Shown here piece by piece: positions 8,394 to 17,924 of a DNA stretch of 57,596 bases. Under the pieces are notes generated by a model. It was given only the letters and a program-made list of their open reading frames with translations. It did no database searches and was not told the origin of the DNA. Source of the stretch: SAR86 cluster bacterium (GTDB lineage Bacteria > Pseudomonadota > Gammaproteobacteria > Magnimaribacterales > D2472); contig QOPI01000004.1 in assembly GCA_003331645.1 (NCBI GenBank), positions 1-57,596 of the forward strand. The letters run 5' to 3'. The first letter of the stretch is position 1. Every line of letters begins with the position of its first letter. Made by a program: the position numbers and the translations under genes.

Positions 8394-9412
8394 AATGTTG
8401 AGATAATCTTTTTAATAGGAGCAGGCATACCAAAAGAATCAATTTGTGTTTTCTTTATCCAGCAATGCTCGGCATTTGTTTTTACTTTAAAAATATTATT
8501 ATAGCTCAATAGATTTATATTCAGATTTAGATCTAGATGGGTTAGTTTATGATGCACATTAACATTATGCTGCTTTATTGATTTTGAATTATATATATTG
8601 TGACTCTTTGGATCTTCTGAAGGCAGCCACAAACCCTCCCAAAAAGTTTCCTGATTTCTTTTAAATAATAGTATGTGCTTATTTGTATAAGCAAGAGTAA
8701 AGTCTAATTCTCGAACAGGCTTAATTTTTACAACTTTAGATATTTTTTTAGGAGCTTCTACATTATAAGAAGATGCACATATTTCATTTAATGGACATTG
8801 GAGACAATTAGGATCTTTGGTTGTGCAAATTGTTGCTCCAAGATCCATGATTCCTTGTGTATATTCAAATATATCTGATTTTGGAGTTACATTACTGGAA
8901 ATTTCCCATAATTTTTTATCTCTCTTTGATAAAGAGGTTTCTTTAACTTTTGCAAATCTAGATAAAACTCTTTTTACATTAGCATCAAGAATTGGATAAG
9001 ATTTTTTATAGGCAATGGACATTATTGCACCAGCAGTTGATTCACCAATACCAGGTAATAATTTTAGCTCTTCAAAGTCTTTTGGAAATTTGCCATTTAG
9101 CTCTAATCTAATTTTTTCTTTTGCCTTAAATATGTTCTTCGCTCTTCTATAAAAACCAAGACCTGACCATAGTGCTATGATTTCATCTTCGGTAGCTACC
9201 ATTAAGCTATCCAATGTAGGAAACTTGCCTAGAAATCTTTTGTAATATGGAATTACAGTTTTGACTTGAGTTTGTTGCAGCATAATCTCAGAAATCCATA
9301 CTCTGTAAGGAGATATATTATTTCGCCAGGGTAAATCTTGCCTACCTGCATGCAAATACCAATCAACAATATAATTGCCAATGTCTATATTATTTTTTTG
9401 GAGATTAATCAT
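8390..9412 (-). CDS. mutY: A/G-specific adenine glycosylase
   Basis: LPWR...[12 protein letters not shown], Hh[14 protein letters not shown], 4Fe-4S motif C-x6-C-x2-C-x5-C. Confidence 0.95.
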   Translation of the reverse strand: MINLQKNNIDIGNYIVDWYLHAGRQDLPWRNNISPYRVWISEIMLQQTQVKTVIPYYKRFLGKFPTLDSLMVATEDEIIALWSGLGFYRRAKNIFKAKEKIRLELNGKFPKDFEELKLLPGIGESTAGAIMSIAYKKSYPILDANVKRVLSRFAKVKETSLSKRDKKLWEISSNVTPKSDIFEYTQGIMDLGATICTTKDPNCLQCPLNEICASSYNVEAPKKISKVVKIKPVRELDFTLAYTNKHILLFKRNQETFWEGLWLPSEDPKSHNIYNSKSIKQHNVNVHHKLTHLDLNLNINLLSYNNIFKVKTNAEHCWIKKTQIDSFGMPAPIKKIISTL

Positions 9413-10035
9413 TCATATAGATTTTGCTTTAATGCAACCGAGCCATCTTCAGCAAATTGATAATGTATAGGAGCTCCAGTAGGTATTTCTAACTTAACGA
9501 TATTTTCTTCAGATATTTTATCTAGTTGCATAATTAATGCCCTTAATGAATTCCCATGGGCTGCTACAAGTATATTGTCCCCATTAAATATCATAGGCAT
9601 AACTAATTCATTGAAGTAGGGCAGCACTCTTTCAGCAGTATTCTTAAGACTTTCTCCATCTGGTGGAGGCGTATCATAGGACCTTCTCCATATATGAACT
9701 TGCTCATTGCCCCATTTTTCTCTTGCATCGTCCTTATTGAGACCTGATAGGCTTCCATAATCTCTTTCGTTAAGTGCTTGGTCCTTTATAACAGGAATTC
9801 CTACTTGACCGATACCTTTTAAAATTATTTCACCAGTTAATTGAGCCCTTTTTAGAGCTGATGTAAACATAGACGTAAAAATTATTTCAGTAGCCTTTAT
9901 AAGCTCTCCAGCTTTTTTTGCTTCTTCATATCCTAGCTCAGTTAATCCTGGGTCCTTCCAACCAGTAAAAAGATTTTTTTCATTCCATTCACTTTGCCCA
10001 TGCCTCACTAAAACAAGATTACTTTTTAAGCCCAT
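9409..10035 (-). CDS. gpmA: 2,3-bisphosphoglycerate-dependent phosphoglycerate mutase (short form)
   Basis: [32 protein letters not shown]. Confidence 0.95.
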   Translation of the reverse strand: MGLKSNLVLVRHGQSEWNEKNLFTGWKDPGLTELGYEEAKKAGELIKATEIIFTSMFTSALKRAQLTGEIILKGIGQVGIPVIKDQALNERDYGSLSGLNKDDAREKWGNEQVHIWRRSYDTPPPDGESLKNTAERVLPYFNELVMPMIFNGDNILVAAHGNSLRALIMQLDKISEENIVKLEIPTGAPIHYQFAEDGSVALKQNLYE

Positions 10036-10085
10036 TTCTTTACTCCATTAAACACAAGTGACTTATTTTAAGAGATAATAACACT

Positions 10086-10502
10086 ATGTTCGAATTCAAT
10101 TTATTCTTAATAGACAATTGGTATCTATCATTTCCACTTTTTTTAACCATTATCTTATGGTCTCGCTATGAAATGAATAGAGGGGGAAGTAAAATTTCTT
10201 GTGCAGACTTAACTAGATTAACCAATAAAAGCTCAGCAACAGTTATTGATTTAAGGACTTCAGAAGAATTTGAAGTCGGTCATATAGCTAATTCTATTAA
10301 TATGCCTCTTGATAATTTTGATAATCATTCTCATCAAATATCATCTGACTTAACTCAACCAATTATTTTAGTTTGTGCAATGGGGAGACAATCAGCAAAT
10401 ATCGGAGAAAAGTTGAAGAATATGAAGTATACAAACATAAATATTCTAACTGGTGGCGTTATGACTTGGCAGCAAGAAGGCCTACCTTTAATTACAAAAT
10501 AA
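10086..10502 (+). CDS. Membrane-anchored rhodanese-like protein (YibN-like)
   Basis: N-terminal TM, IDLR...GHI, active-site loop VCAMGRQS, GG..TW. Confidence 0.85.
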   Translation: MFEFNLFLIDNWYLSFPLFLTIILWSRYEMNRGGSKISCADLTRLTNKSSATVIDLRTSEEFEVGHIANSINMPLDNFDNHSHQISSDLTQPIILVCAMGRQSANIGEKLKNMKYTNINILTGGVMTWQQEGLPLITK

Positions 10503-11882
10503 CTATAGCCCTAATTCTTTAATCTTTTTGCTAAGAGTGTTTCTTCCCCAGCCCAATAAAACAGCTGCATCATTTTTACGACCATTTGTTTTTTCTAAAG
10601 CTGTTTTTATTAACATTTTATCTAATTTAGGCCCAACTATATCTAATAAATTTGAGTCCTTGCTATTAGATAAATTCTTTAGCCATATAGAAAATCCTTT
10701 TTCCCAATCAGTTGGAAGATCATCTTCAAGATTATCAAAATCTTTAATTTCATTTGGTAAGTCTTCAACTTTTATATTCTGAGTTGGAGACATAAGTGTT
10801 AACCAGTAACAAATATTTTCTAATTGCCTTACATTACCTGGCCAATTATATTTCTCCAAAACTTCTAATGCTTCTTTGCTGAGCACTCTTAATTCTTCAC
10901 CTAGGGAGTCTGAATGCATCTTTAGAAATGCTGTAGCTAGTAATTTTATGTCATCAATTCTTTCTTTGAGTTTTGGAACCTCAATTCTAATGACATTTAA
11001 TCTATAGAAAAGATCCTCTCTAAATTTAGCTAAGCTTACTAAACTATGAAGGTCTTGGTGTGTTGCTGCCAAGATTCTCACATCTACTTTAATGGGCTTA
11101 TCACCACCTACTCTATAAAATTCTTTATTAGATAAAACTCTTAATAATCTTGTTTGACATTCTAAGGGCATATCTCCAATTTCATCTAGAAATAATGTTC
11201 CACCATTTGCTTGCTCAAACCTACCAATTCTTTTTTCAACTGCTCCTGTGAAAGCACCTTTTTCATGGCCAAATAATTCTGATTCAATTAGTTCTTTTGG
11301 TATATCTGCCATATTAAGAGCAACGAATGGCATGTCATGTCTTGGGCTATTTTTATGCAATGATTTGGCTATAAGCTCCTTACCTGTTCCAGACTCTCCT
11401 TGAATTAGAACAGTAGCATTTGTATTTGATAACTTTCCTATAGCTCTAAAAACTAACTGCATAGAATTAGCATTTCCAATAATTTCAGAAGAAGGCTTGC
11501 CTTTTAAGCCTTTAGTTTTTGGCTTACCTTCAAGAGCTCTATTTATAATATCTGTCGCTTCATTTAAATCAAAAGGTTTAGGCATATATTCAAATGCTCC
11601 ACCTCCATAAGAATCAATTGCAGCTTGCATATCAGTAAATGCAGTCATAACTATTACAGGGATATCTTCGTAATTATCATTAAAATGTTTTAAAAGGTCA
11701 TACCCATGTGTTCCAGGCATTTTAATATCTGTTATAACTAGGTCAGGTTGAGATGTATTTAGATTATCTATAAGACTATCAGCATCAGGAAATATAGTAG
11801 TTTCAAACCCAGCAGTATTTAAGCTTTCTTCTAAGATTGTTCGAATGGCTGCATCATCATCAGCTACCCATATCTTATGCAT
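10503..11882 (-). CDS. ntrC: Nitrogen regulation response regulator NtrC (sigma-54 activator)
   Basis: Receiver domain (ADDD, DIKMPG), AAA+ GESGTGKE and GAFTGA, C-terminal HTH LGWGRNTL. Confidence 0.96.
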   Translation of the reverse strand: MHKIWVADDDAAIRTILEESLNTAGFETTIFPDADSLIDNLNTSQPDLVITDIKMPGTHGYDLLKHFNDNYEDIPVIVMTAFTDMQAAIDSYGGGAFEYMPKPFDLNEATDIINRALEGKPKTKGLKGKPSSEIIGNANSMQLVFRAIGKLSNTNATVLIQGESGTGKELIAKSLHKNSPRHDMPFVALNMADIPKELIESELFGHEKGAFTGAVEKRIGRFEQANGGTLFLDEIGDMPLECQTRLLRVLSNKEFYRVGGDKPIKVDVRILAATHQDLHSLVSLAKFREDLFYRLNVIRIEVPKLKERIDDIKLLATAFLKMHSDSLGEELRVLSKEALEVLEKYNWPGNVRQLENICYWLTLMSPTQNIKVEDLPNEIKDFDNLEDDLPTDWEKGFSIWLKNLSNSKDSNLLDIVGPKLDKMLIKTALEKTNGRKNDAAVLLGWGRNTLSKKIKELGL

Positions 11883-12963
11883 TTGCTACACCCTTTAATT
11901 GAACAATTGGCAGTGGTAATAAAATAGAGAAAACTGTGTTACCAGGCTTGCTTGAGAATGTTATTGAGCCACCATGAATCCTTATTATGTCTTGAGCAAT
12001 TGATAGACCTAACCCAGATCCATCATCTTTTGTAGACATCATTGGAAAAAAAACTTGTTCTTGGATTTCATCAGGTATACCAGGACCCGTATCACTTATG
12101 TCAATTTGACATATAGTTGAGAAGACTTTCCCATTTATAGGCCTACTGTATCCTACTCTTGAAGAGATAGTTATAGAAGCTTCATTATTGTTAATATCTA
12201 TAGCTTGTATAGCATTTTTTACTATATTTAATATTGCATGAATAAATAAATTTTCATCTCCATTGATATCTGGAATGCTAGGATCATAGTCTCTTAATAG
12301 ATTTGCATTTGATATTCCTTCTGCTAATGCAAGGGAGTGCACTCTTTCAAGAGCAGAGTGAATATTAAATGGTTCCATGTTTGGTTTTTGTGGAGGCGTT
12401 AATATTTTAGATACAATTGAATTTAATCGTTCAGTCTCTTCAATAATAATTTTAAGAAATTTTTCTGAGAAATCATCTTTTGCTTTTGAGCTGAGTATTT
12501 GCGCACTCCCTTTAATACCAGCTAATGGATTCTTTACTTCGTGTGCAAGAGTGCGTGCAAGGTTTGCTGCTATTCTTTGCGAGGAAGCTGATTTTGAGGA
12601 GTCAATAATTTTATTCAAATTATCAACACTCATTACCTCTATGATAATTAGACTGTCCTTTGGCGAGTAAGAAACTGTGAGATCTACTTCACGTGAATCT
12701 TCTTTTTTAGCCTTTAATTCAAAATCTCTTTTGGTAATTGATTTTCGATCATCAATGGCCATATTAATGATTCTTCGTATCTCTTCTTCAGTATCAGGAG
12801 ATAACATTGCTGAAAAAGAAGAAAGATCATTTGAATCCTTACTCCAACCATTTGCCTGAGCAGAATCATTAATCCATAACACTTTTTTAGATTCATCTAA
12901 TACTATAATTTCAGTAGTTAAATGATTTAGTAATGATATATCTAACTTTTCTAAATCAACCAT
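11875..12963 (-). CDS. ntrB: Nitrogen regulation sensor kinase NtrB
   Basis: PAS-like N-terminus, H-box LAHEVKNPL, DYDPSIP, DTGPGIP, GSGLGL; overlaps ntrC start. Confidence 0.93.
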   Translation of the reverse strand: MVDLEKLDISLLNHLTTEIIVLDESKKVLWINDSAQANGWSKDSNDLSSFSAMLSPDTEEEIRRIINMAIDDRKSITKRDFELKAKKEDSREVDLTVSYSPKDSLIIIEVMSVDNLNKIIDSSKSASSQRIAANLARTLAHEVKNPLAGIKGSAQILSSKAKDDFSEKFLKIIIEETERLNSIVSKILTPPQKPNMEPFNIHSALERVHSLALAEGISNANLLRDYDPSIPDINGDENLFIHAILNIVKNAIQAIDINNNEASITISSRVGYSRPINGKVFSTICQIDISDTGPGIPDEIQEQVFFPMMSTKDDGSGLGLSIAQDIIRIHGGSITFSSKPGNTVFSILLPLPIVQLKGVANA

Positions 12964-12973
12964 GGAGTAGATA

Positions 12974-12995
12974 CGACTCCTCTTTCAAGGAGTCG
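12974..12995 (-). other. RNA hairpin between the glutamine synthetase gene and ntrB
   Basis: Minus strand CGACTCCT-TGAAAG-AGGAGTCG, 8-bp stem, no U-tract afterwards. Confidence 0.55.
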
Positions 12996-13008
12996 ATAAT
13001 TTGGATTT

Positions 13009-13989
13009 TTATTTTGTTAATGTCCCTACGATATGAGCAATAATTTTATATGGGTCAGCATTTGAAGCAGGTCTTCTATCTTCTAAGTAGCCATTCCAGT
13101 CATGCTCAACTGTGTATACTGGAATTCTAATACTCGCACCTCTGTCACTAACTCCATATGAGAAAGTATCAATACTTTGAGTTTCATGTAAACCAGTTAA
13201 CCTCATATCATTATCAGAACCATAGGCTGCAATACCTTCTTCATGCACTTCACCTAATTTGTCACACATTGATGAAAATAACTCTTCTGAACCTGCAGTT
13301 CTCATAGCCTCATTTGAGAAATTACAATGCATACCAGAACCATTCCAGTCACCAGTCTTTGGTTTTGGATGAATATTCACACCAACTCCAAATTCTTCAG
13401 CAATCTTATAAAGTAAGTATCTGCTTATCCAAAGATCATCTGCAGCTTTAATACCTTTTCCAAAGCATTGATATTCCCATTGTCCTAGTGCCACTTCAGC
13501 ATTTGTACCTGTAAGTTCAATACCCATATCCAGGCATGTCGCTAAATGGACATCAGAGATTTCTCTACCAACAACATTACTGGCTCCAACTCCACAATAG
13601 TAATCACCTTGTTCTCTTGGCTCTCCATCTTCCCAGCCTAAAGGTTCTCCTGTTTGAGGATCAGTAAAAAAGAACTCCTGCTCGAAACCAAACCACCATT
13701 CATCAGTAACAACTTCTTCAGCTGCTGCTCTAAAATTTGATGGGTGAGTAGTATGATCAGCAGCTTGAACTTGCGTCATTACTAAATCATGACCATTCTT
13801 ATTTACATATGTTTGGACTGGAAGCAATAAGCAATCTGAACTTCCGCCTTCTGCTTGTTGAGTTGATGATCCGTCAAAAGACCATTCAGGTGGTGTATCA
13901 GCTTTAGTTGCTTTTACTTTACTTCGCATTGATGGTTCTGGTTTATAACCATCTAACCAAACATATTCATATGTTTTAAATTCTGACAT
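13009..13989 (-). CDS. glnII: Glutamine synthetase type II (GSII)
   Basis: 326 aa; EYVWLDG, WSFDGSST, WFGFEQE, QGDYYCGVG, NAEVALGQWEYQ, DWNGSGMHCNFS, RLTGLHET, RGASIRIP, GYLEDRRPASNADPY are GSII hallmarks. Confidence 0.92.
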   Translation of the reverse strand: MSEFKTYEYVWLDGYKPEPSMRSKVKATKADTPPEWSFDGSSTQQAEGGSSDCLLLPVQTYVNKNGHDLVMTQVQAADHTTHPSNFRAAAEEVVTDEWWFGFEQEFFFTDPQTGEPLGWEDGEPREQGDYYCGVGASNVVGREISDVHLATCLDMGIELTGTNAEVALGQWEYQCFGKGIKAADDLWISRYLLYKIAEEFGVGVNIHPKPKTGDWNGSGMHCNFSNEAMRTAGSEELFSSMCDKLGEVHEEGIAAYGSDNDMRLTGLHETQSIDTFSYGVSDRGASIRIPVYTVEHDWNGYLEDRRPASNADPYKIIAHIVGTLTK

Positions 13990-14024
13990 TTTTTCTCCTA
14001 AAATTAGTTAACTAACATATAACA

Positions 14025-14040
14025 TGCAATAATAGTGCCA
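14025..14040 (-). promoter_or_regulatory. Sigma-54 (-24/-12) promoter of the glutamine synthetase gene
   Basis: Minus strand TGGCAC-TATTA-TTGCA, exact match to TGGCAC-N5-TTGCW, 35 nt upstream of the ATG. Confidence 0.88.
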
Positions 14041-14056
14041 CAATTATATTAAAAAA

Positions 14057-14124
14057 AGTACTTTTTTAGTGCATTTTAAGTATTATTATAGTGCATTAAT
14101 TAATATATGCACCTATATTGCGCA
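14057..14124. promoter_or_regulatory. Three NtrC-like binding boxes
   Basis: 17-mers resembling TGCAC-N7-GTGCA: AGTACTTTTTTAGTGCA (14057-14073), AGTATTATTATAGTGCA (14079-14095), TGCACCTATATTGCGCA (14108-14124). Confidence 0.7.
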
Positions 14125-14128
14125 TATA

Positions 14129-14704
14129 CTATATTTTAATGAATTTCTTTATAATTTCCAGTTTTTCTTTAAAGCGGCTATAAGAGTGATCTCCACCAAA
14201 GCTTATATCTTGATATGATGCTTTATAAAACCTAACTGCATCAAGATAATTCAGGACCTCATCATCAGATTCACATAATAAAAGATAATTCTTTGGATTC
14301 TTAATAAAATCAACCTCTAAAGCTTTAATAGCATCAATATCATCTTTTGTAAGTTCAAATTTATTACCATTTGCATAATTTTCATTATCACCTAAATACA
14401 TCTTTAAACCATCTGAAGGTTTAATAGCAGGGTTAATAACCACAGCTTTTGATTTAAAACATTCAGCGTAATGAGTTGCAAAAAATCCACCAAGAGAGCT
14501 TCCCATAAATACCATTTCATTAGAATTTGATTCTTCTATTAATTTATTAAGTTGAGGTATTGCTTCTGTAAATTTATCAGCAATATTAGGTATGTATAGT
14601 TTTATATTTTTGTGATTCTTAACTATGTATTCTTTAAATATTTGAGCTTTAGTTGAATCTGCAGAAGACATAAATCCATGGAAATAAAATATCGATTTAA
14701 TCAT
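14129..14704 (-). CDS. yqiA: YqiA/YcfP-family alpha/beta hydrolase (esterase)
   Basis: YFHGFMSS...KA, GSSLGG, INPA, DEVLNY, GGDH. Confidence 0.88.
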   Translation of the reverse strand: MIKSIFYFHGFMSSADSTKAQIFKEYIVKNHKNIKLYIPNIADKFTEAIPQLNKLIEESNSNEMVFMGSSLGGFFATHYAECFKSKAVVINPAIKPSDGLKMYLGDNENYANGNKFELTKDDIDAIKALEVDFIKNPKNYLLLCESDDEVLNYLDAVRFYKASYQDISFGGDHSYSRFKEKLEIIKKFIKI

Positions 14705-15137
14705 CAAATATTTTTTCTATAGCGGACTTAGGAGCTATTCCCGAAATAAAAATACTTTCTAACCATTCTGTAAGAAATCTGTTTTGTTGATCTTTTTCAT
14801 CTTTGGACTGTATGGATGGTTTTTTGTAAAAGAATGGCAATGGTTTTTCACTTTGGTAGGAAGCAACCTCCGCTAAACCAGCATCTATAAATACGTTTAT
14901 TCTTATAACAAAAGCATTTAAAGGCGATGAGAAATCACTCTGTTTTGCTTCAATCATCAAAGTATGTTTTGTTCTTTCAAGAATTAGAAAAGAAATATGT
15001 TGAATATCTTGATCATTTAAATGCAATTCAAATGTATGTCTGTCTTTTAAAAAATTTATTAATAAACTTTCTAATCTTAAATAATTAGCTTCACATATTG
15101 CTATATGGTGTGCGGTCTTAGAATGCCTACTCCTCAT
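14697..15137 (-). CDS. DUF1249 family protein (YqiB-like)
   Basis: CEANYLRL, DAGLAEV, DEKDQQNRFLTEWL; adjacent to yqiA. Confidence 0.8.
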   Translation of the reverse strand: MRSRHSKTAHHIAICEANYLRLESLLINFLKDRHTFELHLNDQDIQHISFLILERTKHTLMIEAKQSDFSSPLNAFVIRINVFIDAGLAEVASYQSEKPLPFFYKKPSIQSKDEKDQQNRFLTEWLESIFISGIAPKSAIEKIFDD

Positions 15138-16276
15138 AATATGATTCTATATTCTTTCTTAATAGGAGTATATTCTTCGCATGATTTTTTGTATTGCAGG
15201 ATCCCAGACTTTTCTTTATTACAAAATATTTTTACAGCTTCTCTTAAATCATTTCTTAAAAAATAATGAAGTGATGAGGTTATTTCTGGCTCAAAACCTC
15301 TTCTAATTTTATGTTCACCTTGAACACCTGGATCAAAAAATTTTAGTTTATTATTTATGCAGTAATCTATGCCTTGGTAATAACATGTTTCAAAATGAAG
15401 AGAATCGATCTTTTTTATGCTGCCCCAATGACGACCATAAAGAGTATCCTCATTTTTAAAACATAACGAACCACCTATAACTTTATTATCTTGAAGGGCA
15501 AAAAATAATATAGGCTGGCATGAGCTAGAATCTTTCGTCAAGAGATCAAAAAACTCTCTTTCAAGATATGGCTTCTGCCATCTATCAAGATAGGTTTGAC
15601 AATAAAGTTCATAGAAGATACTCCAATCTGCATATGTTATATCTTTACTTTCAATGATTTGAAAACTAACTTTTGCATCTGAACATTTCTTTCTTTCAGC
15701 TTTTATAGTTTTTCTTTGTCTGGCTGTAAATATTTCTAAGAAGTCATCAAAATTTTTAAAGTTTCTATTTTTCCATATAAATTTGCATCCAAATCTTTCA
15801 ATAAAATTATAATTATTTAATATTTTAGAGGTAGCTTCATTGGGAAATAAAACATGCCAACTTTCTATAGCCTCTTGTGTCATATAATCTTGTATGTTTT
15901 TTATGATTTGGTCCTTAATCTCTATGCCTTTTCCTATAATTTTCTCACTCGCACATGGAGTAAAGGGTATCGCACTTAATAATTTTGGATAATATTGTCT
16001 TCCAGCTTGCTCTAATGCATGAGACCAAGAGTGATCAAAAACAAATTCACCAGCACTATTATATTTTTTATATAAAGGCATAAAGCCATTTAATTTCCCA
16101 TTTTCTTCATTTACAAAATGAAGCGGCTCCCACCCATTATCAATTGAAACTGATTTACTTTTTTCTAGCGCATTCAAAAAATCATATTGCATGAAAGGCG
16201 ATACAATTTCTGAGTCTAAGTTTTGATAATTTTCTTTAGGTATTTCCCCAAATGATTTCTTAATTAAAACACTCAT
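15134..16276 (-). CDS. FemAB-like GNAT-fold protein
   Basis: PF...FLNALE.S, GEFVFDHSW, YYPKL...PFTP, LYGRHWG, LHFETCYYQGI, QGEHKIRRGF. Confidence 0.85.
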   Translation of the reverse strand: MSVLIKKSFGEIPKENYQNLDSEIVSPFMQYDFLNALEKSKSVSIDNGWEPLHFVNEENGKLNGFMPLYKKYNSAGEFVFDHSWSHALEQAGRQYYPKLLSAIPFTPCASEKIIGKGIEIKDQIIKNIQDYMTQEAIESWHVLFPNEATSKILNNYNFIERFGCKFIWKNRNFKNFDDFLEIFTARQRKTIKAERKKCSDAKVSFQIIESKDITYADWSIFYELYCQTYLDRWQKPYLEREFFDLLTKDSSSCQPILFFALQDNKVIGGSLCFKNEDTLYGRHWGSIKKIDSLHFETCYYQGIDYCINNKLKFFDPGVQGEHKIRRGFEPEITSSLHYFLRNDLREAVKIFCNKEKSGILQYKKSCEEYTPIKKEYRIIL

Positions 16277-17184
16277 CAAAAAAACAAAGGAAGAATATAA
16301 ATCTCAAGGATCATAAGCATCAGAATTGCCAATCCAGTATAGTTATTACTCTTAAAAGCTAGAAGAAAATTTTTGTTTTCTATTAAATTCTGCTGATATA
16401 GATGAGAAATGTATAGTACTAATAAAAGTCCTATTGGCCAGACTAATGAAAAGGACTCCATTGCCCCAAATAATATTAAAAATAATATAGAGATGGTTCG
16501 ATAATTCCTAATATTATCATTTGATTTATCTCCCCACATTAGAGCAGTAGAATTTACTCCAATTTTGATATCGTCTTTAGCATCCCCTAAAGCATAGATA
16601 GTGTCATAAGAAATTATCCAGCAAGCGTTCCATAGAAACAAAAGTACTATCGAAGTTGAGTGTTCATAATTTAATTGCCCTAAGATAGAAAAAACAATTG
16701 GTACTGATGCGCCAAAAGTTAATGCCAAGAAGAATTGTGGTCCTAAAATAAATCTCTTAGATAGGGGATATAAAATAATCATGATAGCAGTACACAGACC
16801 GACTAAAATAGTTTGGGAGTTTGTTTGCAGCAAAAGAAGGAAAGAAAATACTCCAAGAACCAAAAAAAGTATAAGCGCTTCATTTAAGCTCATAACACCA
16901 CTTGCAAGAGGCCTGTCATTAGTTCTTTCCACATCTTTATCAAATTTACGATCAAAAATATCATTAATTACACAACCAGTTGATCTGACTAAAATAGCGC
17001 CAATAATAATTATCGCCAAAGATTTATAAAGCAAAATATTTAAAGATTTAGGAGTCATGATTTCTGCATTTGTTAATAATTGACTTGCAAATATGAAAGC
17101 AATTAACGAAGGGTAAATCAATAAATAAATACCTATAGGTCTATTAAGTCTGGTTATAGCAATAATAGATCTTAGCTTATTCAT
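16276..17184 (-). CDS. ubiA: 4-hydroxybenzoate polyprenyltransferase
   Basis: RLNRPIG, GCVINDIFDRKFDKDVERT..RPLASG, YDTIYA..D..DD. Confidence 0.92.
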   Translation of the reverse strand: MNKLRSIIAITRLNRPIGIYLLIYPSLIAFIFASQLLTNAEIMTPKSLNILLYKSLAIIIIGAILVRSTGCVINDIFDRKFDKDVERTNDRPLASGVMSLNEALILFLVLGVFSFLLLLQTNSQTILVGLCTAIMIILYPLSKRFILGPQFFLALTFGASVPIVFSILGQLNYEHSTSIVLLFLWNACWIISYDTIYALGDAKDDIKIGVNSTALMWGDKSNDNIRNYRTISILFLILFGAMESFSLVWPIGLLLVLYISHLYQQNLIENKNFLLAFKSNNYTGLAILMLMILEIYILPLFF

Positions 17185-17669
17185 TTAATTAGAAATACTT
17201 CCATAACTGAAAAGGGTTGATTTTTTACGGTATATTTAATTTTTCTTCCCCAAAAAGAATTATTATCAAAAATAAACTGAGCGTAAACTATGTCTTTTTT
17301 TGTAAAGATATCTTTCTCAAATAAAATATCCCCAAGCGGCTTATTGCCAATTTTTCCGAGTTCAGCCAGTCCTTTATTTATTGTGCTATTTGGTATTAGA
17401 GTCTGAGCATATACCAAAGGCTTTTCATCGCCTAATAAGACAACTTCTCTAACTCTTATTTCATTAGAATTAGTATTAAGAAATTTTTTATCAGCATCAA
17501 TAACTTCAGTGATTTCATCTTGGATTAATTTAAGCTTAAATTCATATGATGATTTTATTCTTTTTGTTATCGGGCCTTCTTCAAGCAGCCAGGATTTAAT
17601 TATGCTGCTATTTAATTTATTTTTGATATTATCATATAAATCCCAGGATGATATTTGTTCTAGCTTCAT
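17181..17669 (-). CDS. ubiC: Chorismate pyruvate-lyase
   Basis: WLLEEGPIT, REVVL, GNKPLGDILF, WGR, EVFL; directly upstream of ubiA. Confidence 0.88.
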   Translation of the reverse strand: MKLEQISSWDLYDNIKNKLNSSIIKSWLLEEGPITKRIKSSYEFKLKLIQDEITEVIDADKKFLNTNSNEIRVREVVLLGDEKPLVYAQTLIPNSTINKGLAELGKIGNKPLGDILFEKDIFTKKDIVYAQFIFDNNSFWGRKIKYTVKNQPFSVMEVFLIK

Positions 17670-17753
17670 TAATTAATATAGGTAAATCTGATATTATACG
17701 CGGAAGTTTTTTTATATTTAGACTAGAGCTATAAATTTTTAGAAGAGTATTTT

Positions 17754-17924
17754 ATGGATTTTAAAAAATGGGAATGCATTGTATGTGGTCTAATATACGA
17801 TGAAGAATTAGGTTGGCCCGATGATGGTATAGAACCAGGAACAGCTTGGGAAGATGTTCCTGAAGATTGGCTGTGTCCAGAGTGTGGTGTTGGAAAGGAA
17901 GATTTTGACATGGTAGAGATCTAA
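17754..17924 (+). CDS. Rubredoxin (56 aa, absent from ORF track)
   Basis: Manual translation [56 protein letters not shown]; two CxxCG motifs. Confidence 0.97.
   Translation: MDFKKWECIVCGLIYDEELGWPDDGIEPGTAWEDVPEDWLCPECGVGKEDFDMVEI

Noticed and set aside
12974-12995. Intrinsic terminator after the GS gene
   Set aside because: No U-tract follows the stem on the coding strand; kept only as a hairpin
17729-17911. 60-aa minus-strand ORF in the ORF track
   Set aside because: Antisense shadow of the rubredoxin at 17754-17924 (+)
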